A stretch of 64,000 nt of DNA. Source: Eledone cirrhosa (taxonomy: Eukaryota). The position numbers were made by a program, and so were the translations under genes. Below the pieces are notes generated by a model. That model saw only the letters and a program-made list of their open reading frames with translations. It was not told the DNA's origin and ran no database searches. Below, piece by piece: positions 50,688 to 64,000 of this stretch. The stretch is taken from contig OZ024756.1 in the NCBI GenBank assembly GCA_964016885.1, positions 39,246,001 to 39,310,000 of the forward strand. The letters run 5' to 3'. How positions within the stretch are numbered: position 1 is the stretch's first letter; each line of letters opens with the position of its first letter.

Positions 50688-53000
50688 AGAGGTACTGCTT
50701 TGTTTCTTTCACTGTCAATACAGAACATTGTAAATTTCTTTTTTCTCCACATTCTTCAGTTTGGTTTCTCGTTCAGATTTAAATCCATTCTCTGACAGCT
50801 GAACACAGAAATGTACAACATGTGGAAATTGCACTTCTTTATTTAATTCCTGTAGCAAGTGATTAAAGTATACTTTATTTGATATAAAGAGAATGTGAAT
50901 CTCAATATGAGCTGACAATGCTTTAACTGCAAGTTATATGCGCAGTTCTCTTGTCAGTGGAGATAGAAAGGACAAAAAAAATAACATTTTGATTCTCCTG
51001 CTTAGAACAAAAAAAAAAAGCAAATTTGTTGCAATTTATTCACTTTAAGTCGTTACACATTTGATTGAATTCTGTCTAACAGCTATTTGAGGCGATTCTG
51101 GTCTTGTGAGGATGAGAAGATTTTGTAGTTTTTAGTGAGAGATATAGGACTGATCATGAATATTTCTCAGACCTCCACAACTATTGAGAGGCCACAATAG
51201 TGTTATTCTGAAACGAGATGTCTGGTCTCAATGTTTATAACAGAGAGGTCTCAGCTAAAACAACCGAGGCTTAGGTGGTAGTGCTAAACCGGGCAACTGA
51301 ATTAAGTCTTGAATTCAGAACACAAAGATCTGGAACATATACTGCAAGACATCTCATGCGACGCACTAACAATTCCGCCAACCCTTTAGTGGTACTTTAT
51401 TTTATCAGTCCCCCCCCCCCCCCCACACACACACACCCAAAAGGACCCCCCAAAAAGGAAAGGTTAATTTGCTCCGTTGGTATTTGAGTTCAGAGAGCAG
51501 AAAGTAGGTAGCAGGAACAAATTCAAACTTTTTTTGCTGTTAAAAAGAATTATTTTACAGAATAAAAAGTTATTTCTCATAATTATCAATTATTTTTCTG
51601 CACGTTCTGGTAATGTTTCTGTAAAACTCTAGCGAGAATATTATCATTTCTAGACCAAAATAATGGGGAATTTTTGTATGTAATTTCTTTTTAACAAAAT
51701 ATATAATTGGTGTCTTTTCATTGACGGTTTATGGAAAGTGACTCAACTAATTATCTAGCTCATCTACTCTGACACTCACCTTTAGTCTATTTAATAAATA
51801 AGTCCAGTAAAATGATTAAAACTTTAAACAGTTGTGCGTTTCACATCAAGGAGGAGGAACTTTAATCATTTAGTGACGAAACGTTAACAGATTAACATTA
51901 TTTAGTGTTAAAACTTTAATATATCAACATAATTGTGATGAAGTGTTATCACACTAATACCATTTAATGATAAAACTCATACTTATCAGCTTTTTCGATT
52001 CAACTACTATGCTGCATTTGAGAATGTTTGGTAAGCCATAGAAAAGATAAGATTTACTTTTAAATATAGTTATATATTCAAGATTTTTATCGGTTAATCC
52101 ATTTCGATCCACGTTTATCAAAACTAAGATGTTTCATTATATTCTGTTAGTAGTAGGTTTTAACCTTTTCGTGCTGTGTATATTGTCTTCTAGCAGGGAT
52201 AAAACTCAGTTTCCATCACAAATGCACTCTCTGCATCGGGTTCTTTAAATTTCAAATCTTTATATATCAGTCAATTATTTTCCCCCTTCAGTAGTGCATA
52301 TTTCATTGTTTATTAGGATAATTCAAGATAAGCCCAGAAAAAAAAAATGATGAGTGTTTATTCCTATCTTTTAATAAGAAGTGGATACTTTTCTTTCTAT
52401 CTTTGTTATACCTATTAAAGAATTAATCTGTGAGTAGCAATATTCAACAGAATTCCTTCTTGAGGAGTTGGTGAAAATCTTAATTCTTTTTGCTAGTATC
52501 TTGATGTATTGTATTGTTAATGTTTTCTTCGATAAATTTCTCACCTTTCTTACTTTTGATTTGTGATGTTTGTTGTGATACAATCGATAGTTTTATTCAT
52601 TTGGAAAAGTCTATAAAGAAACAGCTTCATTAATAAAACATGTAAGAATGATAATTTCTCTTCACTGAATCCTATCTTCAATTAAATATTATTATTTAGT
52701 TCATTCAATAATACTTCAAATTCATTTAATTTCTTTATGCTTTCAATCCATAACACAATGCAAAAGTATAGAAATATTTTTCACATCTCTTTTATATATT
52801 TATGAAATTAAAATATATTTTCTAAAATAAACTATTTTATATTCGTTATGAAGTGTCTTGACAAAAATCCGAGGAGACTACGATGGTAATCAAAGTAATG
52901 CTAATTTATGTAAATGTAGCGAAGGTTGTTTGGAAGTTGGAAGTGTTGGTAGTAAGGTAACCGGGAGATCACAGATCTGAGAAATGTTATATGTTTACTT

Positions 53001-55016
53001 ACATGTGGTTTAAACAGATAACTGTACATCTCCAGCAACCGAACATGTGGTTTAAACAGATAACTGTACATCTACAGCAACCGAACATGTGGTTTAAACA
53101 GATAACTGTACATCTACAGCAACCGAACATGTGGTTTAAACAGATAACTGTACATCTGCAGCAACCGAACATGTGGTTTAAACAGATAACTGTACATCTA
53201 CAGCAACCGAACATGTGGTTTAAACAGATAACTGTACATCTACAGCAACCCAACATGTGGTTTAAACAGATAACTGTACATCTACAGCAACCGAACATGT
53301 GGTTTAAACAGATAACTGTACATCTACAGCAACCGAACATGTGGTTTAAACAGATAACTGTACATCTGCAGCAACCGAACATGTGGTTTAAACAGATAAC
53401 TGTACATCTACAGCAACCGAACATGTGGTTTAAACAGATAACTGTACATCTGCAGCAACCGAACATGTGGTTTAAACAGATAACTGTACATCTACAGCAA
53501 CCGAACATGTGGTTTAAACAGATAACTGTACATCTACAGCAACCGAACATGTGGTTTAAACAGATAACTGTACATCTACAGCAACCGAACATGTGGTTTA
53601 AACAGATAACTGTACATCTACAGCAACCCAACATGTGGTTTAAACAGATAACTGTACATCTCCAGCAACCGAACATGTGGTTTAAACAGATAACTGTACA
53701 TCTACAGCAACCGAACATGTGGTTTAAACAGATAACTGTACATCTACAGCAACCGAACATGTGGTTTAAACAGATAACTGTACATCTACAGCAACCGAAC
53801 ATGTGGTTTAAACAGATAACTGTACATCTACAGCAACCGAACATGTGGTTTAAACAGATAACTGTACATCTACAGCAACCGAACATGTGGTTTAAACAGA
53901 TAACTGTACATCTACAGCAACCGAACATGTGGTTTAAACAGATAACTCTACATCTACAGCAACCGAACATGTGGTTTAAACAGATAACTGTACATCTGCA
54001 GCAACCGAACATGTGGTTTAAACAGATAACTGTACATCTACAGCAACCGAACATGTGGTTTAAACAGATAACTGTACATCTACAGCAACCGAACATGTGG
54101 TTTAAACAGATAACTGTACATCTGCAGCAACCGAACATGTGGTTTAAACAGATAACTGTACATCTACAGCAACCGAACATGTGGTTTAAACAGATAACTG
54201 TACATCTCCAGCAACCGAACATGTGGTTTAAACAGATAACTGTACATCTCCAGCAACCGAACATGTGGTTTAAACAGATAACTGTACATCTCCAGCAACC
54301 GAACATGTGGTTTAAACAGATAACTGTACATCTCCAGCAACCGAACATGTGGTTTAAACAGATAACTGTACATCTACAGCAACCGAACATGTGGTTTAAA
54401 CAGATAACTGTACATCTCCAGCAACCGAACATGTGGTTTAAACAGATAACTGTACATCTACAGCAACCGAACATGTGGTTTAAACAGATAACTGTACATC
54501 TACAGCAACCGAACATGTGGTTTAAACAGATAACTCTACATCTACAGCAACCGAACATGTGGTTTAAACAGATAACTGTACATCTACAGCAACCGAACAT
54601 GTGGTTTAAACAGATAACTCTACATCTGCAGCAACCGAACATGTGGTTTAAACAGATAACTCCACATCTGCAGCAACCGAACATGTGGTTTAAACAGATA
54701 ACTCCACATCTGCAGCAACCCAACATGTGGTTTAAACAGATAACTGTACATCTACAGCAACCGAACATGTGGTTTAAACAGATAACTCCACATCTGCAGC
54801 AACCGAACATGTGGTTTAAACAGATAACTCCACATCTGCAGCAACCGAACATGTGGTTTAAACAGATAACTGTACATCTACAGCAACCGAACATGTGGTT
54901 TAAACAGATAACTCCACATCTGCAGCAACCGAACATGTGGTTTAAACAGATAACTCCACATCTGCAGCAACCGAACATGTGGTTTAAACAGATAACTCCA
55001 CATCTGCAGCAACCGA
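53001..55016. repeat. 42-bp tandem array, 48 copies
   Basis: Unit acatgtggtttaaacagataactgtacatctacagcaaccga; 2016/42 = 48. There are no spacers. Confidence 0.97.
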
Positions 55017-55135
55017 AGAATTAAGTTCTAGAATGGTTATAGCTCCTACCTTGTGTAGGTAGAACATTAATGTCTTTTTATTTATTTCTATAGTCGATGT
55101 ATATCTATCTATCTATCTATTTATCTATCTATCTA

Positions 55136-55205
<70 letters not shown>

Positions 55206-55356
55206 GTGAGCTGTTGAAGTATACCAATCTCACTCACAAAGTTTGGTAAACCCGGGGCGAGTGTAAAAGTTATATTGTGGAAGTGAAATTGAAGCCAAGT
55301 GGTTGCGAAACCAACTCCTTGGACACATAAGCATGCCTCTCTCGCTTTCTCTCTCT

Positions 55357-55417
<61 letters not shown>

Positions 55418-55967
55418 CAGTCACATAAATACATAATCTATACATATGTGTGTGCGTGTGATGCGCGTGCTCGGCAAAAGATTCTTTCGATTTTTTTGGC
55501 TTCCGATAAATTGTTTTTTTGTTTCTTGTTTTCCTTTAGCTATCTTAAATTTTCTCCCTTTTTCTCTTTCTTTTTCTCATCTCCTTTACGTTCGTTTTGC
55601 AGCTGTCAAATAATCGACATCGTAAGCATTAGATTGATATAAACCATCTTAGAAGTAGTAAAACAGTGTTGTTATGGTTGTAAACTGAATTTAAACAGTT
55701 GTTATCTTGAAAAGGAAAATATATATCAATCGGTGAAAGAAGAACGATAACAATAACAACTACAGACAATTTAGAATGTTCTACAATCTATATCCCTATC
55801 AATATATTATTAATACCATCGAATCAATATCATTACACATTGAACGCTATTTTTGATAACACAGAAATTGATAAATAAAATGTCATTTATTTTGACTGAC
55901 ATCAACATAAACACCAATGTTAGTAGCTCTGCGACAAACACACACACGCACACGTATACACACACTC

Positions 55968-56082
<115 letters not shown>

Positions 56083-56199
56083 TATATATATATATATACG
56101 TACACACATGATATACGATATATAGGCAGGCGGGATATGTGTATGTTTGTGTATAAGTGCATATATACATATACAGGTATATCTATTTATCTATCTATA

Positions 56200-56290
<91 letters not shown>

Positions 56291-56516
56291 CATATATATA
56301 TTATATATACAGGATTTGAACCCTGCAGGATCCCAATATCGATTAACAACTTGAAACTGAAGATAGTTCTAAGATATAGTTATAGGGGGTGGATGGGTGG
56401 CTGAGCAGTTCTTACCAAAGATTTGATTCCCTCTACCTATGTCTGTTGAAGTATTTGAACAATAGCAGGTGTTTTACAAGATCTCACCAGTCTCACACCT
56501 TAAAGTGTATCTCGTC

Positions 56517-56613
56517 ATCTCTCTCTCTCTCTCTCTGTCTCTCTCGCTGTCTCTCTCTTTCTCTCTCTCTCTGTCTCTCTCTCTCTCTCTGTCTCTCTCT
56601 CTCTCTCTCTTTA

Positions 56614-56647
<34 letters not shown>

Positions 56648-56683
56648 GCTGTCTCTCTCTTTCTCTCTCTCTCTGTCTCTCTC

Positions 56684-56730
<47 letters not shown>
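56517..56730. repeat. (CT)n compound microsatellite
   Basis: Read directly. Confidence 0.93.
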
Positions 56731-56732
<2 letters not shown>

Positions 56733-57002
56733 ATCTTGCCTTTGGTGAGTTAGTTATTTTTACGTGGAGTAGTTACTAAGTAATAATAATAATAATAATA
56801 ATAATACATTTGGACAGATCAGATAAACGTAAGGTATTTATGCTTCATTGCACACACACACACACACATACCCCCCATATATATATATATATATATATAT
56901 AGATAGATAGATTTATATATATACTTATACAAATGCATATACATATACACCATATGCATATATACTATCTTACATATGTAATTATATATATATATATATA
57001 AC

Positions 57003-57350
57003 TCAGATGGTGGATGGGTGCTACTCGAGAATGCTGAGGATGGCTCTGAATATTAATCAGTATACACTGAGGATGAAAATCTCAGAGCTGTATGGGAGCA
57101 TCCCAAAAGTCAGCTCAAAAGTGACACAGAGGAGACTGAGGTTAGCTGGACATGCTGACTGACATCCAGAGTTGACACTGCACTCAGTGCTCCTGTGGGA
57201 GCCCCTACATGGACACACTGGAAGAGGAAGACCAAGGTTAACGTATGTTGATGCCCTAAGGACAGACACTGGTCTGTTGGAGACGCAGGACATGGCAGCG
57301 ATAATGAGGGACTGAGACCGCTGGAGAGAACTCGTCCATGGATCTCGGGA
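57003..57350 (+). mobile_element. RTE-clade LINE 3' fragment
   Basis: MLRMALNIN...ELYGSIPKVSSKVTQRRLRLAGH..HPEL...VLLWEPLHGHTGRGRPRLTYVDALRTDTG...DRWRELV. Confidence 0.88.
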
Positions 57351-57664
57351 ATTTTACCCGCCCTCCGGGTAAATTTTCAATCACATATATTTTTATTTGT
57401 TTGACCCGAATTACTTGATCGTTTTTTTGGCTGTGCGGATGACCATTGTTTGACCATCGTCTCAGTGTGTTTGGCCTTTAACGTATGTTGTAGCTCTGGT
57501 TCTTCTGAACCATTGAGCACTTGCCACACATCTCGGAGGTTGTTTTTCGTTATTTCATAGGCCGAAATACGATTCCCGATAATTTATATTTGAATATATA
57601 TATATATATATATATGTGTATTATATATTCGTGTTTGTGTAATCACATTTATTTGTATAGATAA

Positions 57665-57858
57665 ATAATTGTTTCTACTTTTGGCACAAGGCCAGCAATT
57701 ATCCCAGTGTATTACTGGTACTTTATTTTATCGACGCCGTAAGGACGAAAGGCAAAGTTAACCTCGGCGGGATTTGAACTCAGAATAGCAAGGGTCGTAA
57801 CTCTATGTGTCAAAGCATGGCGTCCGACCCTCTACCGATACTGCCTGTCCACCGCCCT
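57665..57858 (-). mobile_element. SINE family A
   Basis: Core motif present. Confidence 0.9.
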
Positions 57859-58022
57859 CTAGATATATAATACACATCTATCACACACGTAATCACATAT
57901 AAAGAAACCGTCTGCAGTGTATGCAAACTCATTAACGATAGTTATACAAAACCAATTTTTTATCTATCTATATATACAAAATTATAAAATATTAATGATA
58001 AATTATAATAAAACAATTCATA

Positions 58023-58101
58023 CAGGGTGTCCCCCAAAATATATACATACTTCAACAGCATTTTAATAAATATGTTTATACATTTTTTGGAGGACACCCT
58101 A
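58023..58101. mobile_element. Tc1/mariner-type MITE
   Basis: TA-CAGGGTGTCCCCCAAAA...TTTTGGAGGACACCCT-ATA. Confidence 0.85.
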
Positions 58102-58750
58102 TATATTATAGGAACATGTATTGGGTTGTAACATAAACTCCCGCCGTTGTTATAAAACTTCTTAATAAAAAAAACGACGGGAATTGATGTTACAATCCAA
58201 TATATCATAAGTATACGTGTGTTTGAAATGTTTTTTATGTCTACGGCGAAGTAATTGTTTTAGCTTGAGCGACTAATCTCAGATGAAATCATTTGTTAAA
58301 CAAGGGTAACTACAAAAATGTATTCCTTCAAGCCATTCTATATTCCATAGCCTTCCACCCAGCACGCATTGTTAAAAAGTACCTTTCATGTGGTGGGTTT
58401 TTTTTCTTGTCTCTCTTTTTTTTTTACTGTTTTACTGTAGTTTATTTTCATTTGCATGTTTCCCTACTACTTTCCTCTGGCTTTAAGGCTGACTTCCTCA
58501 GAATACTTAAAGTTCAGTGGAGGTTAGTTTTTTTTAACTATTGAAATATATAACAGCATCTATTCTCAATATTTTATTTCCATCACGTACGCTTTGTGTT
58601 TTATCTAAGAATACTTCTTTCATCGAGGATATATTTAGAATTGTATAACCTCCAGTTATTGTTCGTCAGTATTTCATTCCACTTCGTTTCATTCCCCTCA
58701 TCCAACCTCTTCTTTCCTTTCATCCACATCATTATTTTTATTTTGTATTC

Positions 58751-58988
58751 CGGGCAGTGGATTGTCAGCATCGGTAGACCGTCGGACAACATGCTTCGCG
58801 ACATATAGTTAAGGTTCTTTACGTTCTGAGTTCAAATCCTACCGAGGTTAGCTCTGCCTTTCATCCTTACGGGGTCGTCGATAAAATAAAGTACCAGTAA
58901 TGCACTGGGGGTTGATTTCATCGACTTTATCCCCCCCCCAAAAAAAAAAAATTTACTGGCCTTGTGCCTAAATGAGAAACCATTATTG
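58751..58988 (+). mobile_element. SINE family A, long-tail form
   Basis: A and B boxes and core. Confidence 0.88.
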
Positions 58989-59432
58989 TATTTTGTTTTG
59001 TATTTTGGATTCGAATTCAAATTATCACAGACAGGCACACACACACACTCTATCCCTCTCTTTTCCCGCTCTTCTCCTTCCTTTCCTCTATTGCTATTCC
59101 TACTGTATATCTGTCTAACAGAGACAACCCTTAAAATATTATAGATGACACAAAGGAAAGGAGATTTAATCTTACCTGTATCTCTCAATCATGAATTCAC
59201 CTTCACCATAATCCACTTTTCCTGAATCCTGCGTGACAATTTATCCTTATGAGAATTCCATTACAGACTTTTTAACCAAGGCTGACACTCGCCTTTGGCA
59301 AAGATATTTCCCTACCTTCAATTTGTTTTTATGTTGGATTCGCAAGCAACTTAATATATGACTTTAACATGGTGAACGCCTTATAGTAGCAAAGTAAATG
59401 TGTGATGGATTAGTTTTATTTTACTTAATCTA

Positions 59433-59597
59433 ATAATTGTTTCTACTTTTGGCACAAGGCCAGAAATCACCCAGTACATTACTGGTACTTTATTTTATCA
59501 ACCTCGTAAGGATCAACGGCAAAGTTGACCTCGGCGGGATTTGAACTCAGAATGGAAAGGGCCGTAACTCTATGCGTCAAAGCATGACGTCCGACTT
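59433..59597 (-). mobile_element. SINE family A, 5'-truncated
   Basis: Core present; flanked by actta(a/g)tctaat. Confidence 0.88.
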
Positions 59598-59682
59598 AGT
59601 CTAATTATAGATTTGATCATGAACACAACGAAATATCACCTTCCTCTATAATTGAAGGCCTTCTGAATACTAAGGAAGACAT

Positions 59683-59892
59683 TGGCGGTGGTTTGGCAAA
59701 GGGCGGTGGTTTGGCAGTATCGGTAGAGGGTCGGACACCATGCTTTGCAGCAAAGAGTTACGGCCCTTTATGGTCTGAGTTCAAATCCCACCGAGGTTAA
59801 CTTTACCTTTCATCCTTACGGGGTCAATAAAATAAAGTACCAGTAATGCACTGGGATAATTGCTGGCCTTGTGTCAAAAGTAGAAACAATTA
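59683..59892 (+). mobile_element. SINE family A with a duplicated 5' tip
   Basis: ggcggtggtttggca occurs twice, then the core. Confidence 0.9.
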
Positions 59893-60324
59893 TATACATT
59901 ATATTACTAGGCCAGAGTTGTGTGCCTAGAAACAAGTTATTGGCAATCCCTTATCTTTTATTTAGGCCTCTGGAAACGTTAATCGTATCCCTTATAAAAA
60001 ATGATTAATCTATGAGAGAACCTAATACGTATCCATAACTAATTATTAGTTAGTATAACTTACTGTTATAAGTAAAATGCCAATTAGTAAATTTCTGAGC
60101 TGGCTTTCAACCTGGTGAAGAATAGAAGCTAGATTTTCCACAAATTATTCCATCCTAAAATTCCAAACAATGAATACTATCAGTCCTACTTACAGCTTCC
60201 AACGGAAAATGTCGGCAAGTTCATTGTTGAATTACCATTGATTAGATTTTCTCTGTCAGAAAAGATCTGGAGCTAAAACAACAACAACAACAACATGTAC
60301 ACTAATTATGTAATTAACGGGAAA

Positions 60325-60650
60325 GACTTTAGAGTCCCTCCAGGTAGAGCGGCTATCTCTCCGAATTGAGAGATCACAGCTCTGATACTATGGGTATGTG
60401 TTTAGAATGTCTCAGGAAAGAATCACTGGACAGATTTTACGGGAAAAACCAACTGGCAAGAGACCGGGGGGTAGACCCACCCTTAGCAAGATGGTTGGAT
60501 GACATCCATGGTTTTGGCTGGCCTCACTAGGGGATCAAACTGGATCAGTTGGAGACAGTTGCTTCTGACAGAACCTGCTGGAAGGAGTGTTTGAAGACTC
60601 TGCTCCCCTACAACCCACTCAGAAATACGTGGCCGAAGACGGCAACGACT
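60325..60650 (+). mobile_element. RTE/Expander-like LINE 3' fragment
   Basis: YYGYVFRMSQERITGQIL.EKPTGKRPGGRP../RWLDDIH...QLETVASDRTCWK. Confidence 0.8.
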
Positions 60651-61057
60651 TGAACTTTTGTTGTTGAGATCAGGTCCTATAAGAAATATTATGGCAGAAT
60701 GTTTCCCTAGTGCAGCGGTGGTATCTCAATAATTTCTGCCTCTACTATACCAAAGCAATGAAATTTAATATAACTGATTCTTTTTCTTAGTTTTAATTTA
60801 TTAAAAACACATTAGACTTAAATTTGAAAGCCAATCTGGCAAACTGTCGGCTGTCACAAACTGTCAAGCCGTATCCAAGGTTACTTAATACTGACTGATT
60901 AAATTCTTAGAACTCATATTATCATTTATTTTTTATTTTTCTGAAAATTTCACAGAAAGTTCTGATACTCTTACAATGCCGGAAAAGTTCATGCGTTTCC
61001 TACAGTATCTAGATAAAACCATCTTCTGCAGTAATAATTTTAAACAAGAAATATTTA

Positions 61058-61259
61058 CGGGCAAAACCGACCGACAAGAGGCCCAGAGATAGACCTCGAG
61101 CAAGATGGTTGGATAACATCCATGATCTTGGCTGGTCACGCTTGTGGATCCAGCAAGATCAACTGGAGACGGTTGCTTCTGACAGGACCCACTGGAATGA
61201 GTGTTTGAGGACTCTGCCCCCACGACCCCCTCAGGAATAAGTGGGCGAAGAAGAAGAAA
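61058..61259 (+). mobile_element. Second RTE/Expander-like 3' fragment with a (GAA)n tail
   Basis: KPTDKRPRDRPRARWLDNIHDLGWSRL.IQQDQLETVASDRTHWNECLRTLPPRPPQE*. Confidence 0.85.
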
Positions 61260-61574
61260 TATTAAAAAAATATCTAATTTATTAATATTGGGTGTGTTGT
61301 TAATGGATGCCTTTGTTTATCTTTGCTGTGTAGATGGCAGCACTGATACAGTGCCTAACAGAATACCAGATAGTATTCAGTGATTTCATATTCATCACAA
61401 GTTTACATCGCTTTTTTATTTTCCGATGTCGATTAGAGCATGAACCAATCGATAAGTAATCTCTGAGTGTGATGCCATCAATTATATGCTCGAGTAGGCC
61501 GTGCCCAAGCATGGCTACCGTCATATAGCTGTACAGTACACTATTCCAATGTAATATATATATATATATATATA

Positions 61575-61750
61575 CTTGTTTCTACTTTTGGCACCAGGCC
61601 AGCAATTATTCCAGTGCATTACTGGTACTTTATTTTATCGACGCCGTAAGGATGAAAGGCAAAGTTAACCACGGCAGGATTTGAACTCAGATTGTAAAAT
61701 ACTCGAACTAATACTGATAAGCAATTGTCCGACGCTCTACCGACTCAATC
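61575..61750 (-). mobile_element. SINE family A
   Basis: Core motif present. Confidence 0.85.
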
Positions 61751-62109
61751 AATACAGAAGAAAAGAATTAAGAAAATATTGGGTAGTCAAGTATGAAATT
61801 TGTAGAAATTTGTGGAAAGAAACAAGAAATTTCTACAAATTTCATACTTGACATCTCAATACCAACAAAGAAATATAAATTCTCCCTCTTTCTCTTCTCT
61901 CTTCAGCCCCCCCCCCTTACACCCACATAAAATACAATGAAAGGCATTCTAGTGTGTATTTAAGATCCATGTAATAATTGAATTTGTCAAGGATATTTAC
62001 AGCAGTTATAATTAGGACAATTTCACTCTCTTAATTGATACATCAACTCTGTTCTATTTCGGATGAGTTGGGATAAAAATGGAAGACGCCATCCTACACA
62101 TGAAATCAC

Positions 62110-62200
62110 AAACAACTATGGTGTCATGTGTCATACATAAACAACTATGGTGTCATGTGTCATACATAAACAACTATGGTGTCATGTGTCATACACAAAC
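62110..62200. repeat. 29-bp tandem repeat, three copies
   Basis: aaacaactatggtgtcatgtgtcatacat. Confidence 0.9.
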
Positions 62201-62261
62201 AAAATAAATACGCTTAATTAAAATTTCACTTCCGATAATTAACCAAAATATATTGAACAAA

Positions 62262-62380
62262 GGCGAGATTTGAACTCAGTTCTCTCCTCTCTGAGTTCAA
62301 ATCTCGCCGAGGTCAACTTTGCTTTTCATCCTTTCGAGGTCGATTAAAAAAGTACCAGTCTAGTACTGGGGTCGATTCTT
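62262..62380 (+). mobile_element. Truncated family A SINE with a 5' inverted duplication
   Basis: 18-bp arms at 62262-62279 and 62291-62308, then the core. Confidence 0.8.
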
Positions 62381-62769
62381 CCTCTATATCTCTTTCTCAT
62401 TTCCTCTCTCTCACTTTCTATCTTTCTCTGGAAGAAATCTGCTGTACTCAGACCTGGAGAGGTTTGAGCTCCGCCAGTCTTAAAATGTCCAAGATACGCC
62501 ATATGACAATACGGCACTCCTACGATTCTATCAGGAGTTGCGGGAGCATACATACATATTGAACATACACTAACGCATACACACATACACACATCTATAA
62601 TGATTCTAGATATGGTCACTGCAGCTGCTAGAAATAGCGGCCAACTATCCTACAACTTCCCTTATTTGTCTTTAGAAAGTATATAAATCAAATTAAGGTG
62701 GTTGAAAATCAGTCGGATTTGTTGAGTATTTCCACTTAGCAAACAGATGGATTTTGAGATGGAGGCATC

Positions 62770-63420
62770 CTCTAAAAATCTTGCTGAGTTCAAATAATTA
62801 TTGATCAGAGATGACAAATGTTGTAATATTCTAACTTTCTCACTACAACAGAAACGACATCTCTTGCCATGTTGCCATTTCTATAATTGATACAGTTCTT
62901 CCCAGGTCTTCATATTTTTTGTTTAACTTTCTCTAACGATCTTACTTGGACTATTTACATTACTCTATCGTTAAACCAACCACTACGACAGTTTCTACAG
63001 TAAATCGAGCTCAGAGATTACAATATCCGAATATAATCTTATTCTTTATAAGTCTCTTATTTCTGATTGTATGGAATATGGTGTCATACTTAGTCTGATG
63101 TCTCTGTTGGTGTTTTCTTCTCTCTTGACAGAATCCCTCCCAACGTGAGTATCAAACTAAATATTGCTTCCTTCTTCATCTCTATTCTATAATTACTTTC
63201 GTGATCTTTATTTTCCCAAATTTTCTTTATATGTTGCTCCTCCTAGGTTACTAATCTAGTGACTCGTCTTTTAAGTAATTCTCATCTTTTTACTGTGGCT
63301 GTTCTCTCTGGTAAGAAAACATTTCTACTCTAGTAGTTTACTTCTTCGAAGAAGAGATCAACTTCTATTTTTAAGCGTGGTGTCTTATTCAAATTTTCTT
63401 TATATCTTTTGTAACTTTTC
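62770..63420 (+). mobile_element. Decayed CR1/Jockey-group LINE, reverse transcriptase C-terminal region
   Basis: Frameshifted motifs LHIFCLTFSNDLTWTIYI, FYKSLISDCMEYG, SLLDRI and FTVAV....FYSSS resemble LG.TF..DL.W..YI, LYKS.IRP.MEY and FYSSSFFPRT. Confidence 0.6.
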
Positions 63421-64000
63421 ACAAATTAACCGTTGCTTGGAGCTTTTTGTATTTGCCGACTTGTTGCAGAAAGGCTTTCAATTAGACAAACATCGAATTT
63501 GAAAAATATCCAAAGGCTACCTTGAAAAGAAGAAAATTAAGAAAATCACTATCATGTTAGATGATTAAAATGAAGAAATGACTGAGAGTAGAAACGAATA
63601 TTATATATATATTTCAGAGATAAACGTAAAAAAGAAAATCAACACACAAGCAACTCAGTAATAATTTATACATATAATATTCTTAATTGGATGCTAAATA
63701 AACTAGCAAAACTTGGCAAAAAAAAATAGACCATATCTCATATAAGAAGATTATATTTACGACGAATACAGTTAATATTTGGTCTTATGCGACTGGAAAA
63801 CTGTTATGGTGCCTCTCCTTTTAGCCTTTCTTGTATATTTACTTACTCAGTCTCTACGTTTGGGTCATTTATATAATTTATAAATTTAATAGGTTCTAAA
63901 TTTTGCTTTAAACACTACTATGATCCATTGTCTCTTCCTTAACTACCGTATTTCTCGGCGCCGAAGACGCTTCGTCCTAATTTTGACAAGCAAATATTTG

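Noticed and set aside
53001-55016. CRISPR-like array, or genuine 677/659-aa single-exon genes
   Set aside because: The units are contiguous with no unique spacers, there are no cas genes and the context is eukaryotic. The ORFs follow from a stop-free 42-bp unit.
63944-63972. taccgtatttctcggcgccgaagacgc, resembling a pogo/Tc2-type TIR
   Set aside because: It lies at the window edge and no partner TIR is visible.

Overview
This is AT-rich eukaryotic non-coding DNA, either intergenic or part of a very large intron. The SINE families suggest an octopod cephalopod, but that is an inference from memory. I found no intact host protein-coding gene. The long ORFs are translations of micro- and minisatellites, apart from a few short LINE remnants. 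The window holds about 30 copies of one tRNA-derived SINE, several CORE-like SINEs, 3' fragments of RTE, R4/Dong-like, CRE-like and CR1-group LINEs, small Tc1/mariner-type MITEs, a 5S rRNA-derived chimeric retrocopy and several tandem arrays (12-14, 14, 22, ~40, 42 and 52 bp units). The strongest unexplained structure is a set of about 15 hammerhead-ribozyme cores or remnants. They belong to several unrelated short elements, almost all embedded in (TA)n tracts. Many are folded back into long palindromes whose apex or breakpoint lies at the ribozyme. This fits Penelope-like pLTR remnants. Two further candidates are a 5S-headed SINE-like chimera and a 48-copy 42-bp array that looks like an amplified acceptor plus 27-nt micro-exon ending in one GTAAGT donor. 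All calls were made by eye, so boundaries are approximate.
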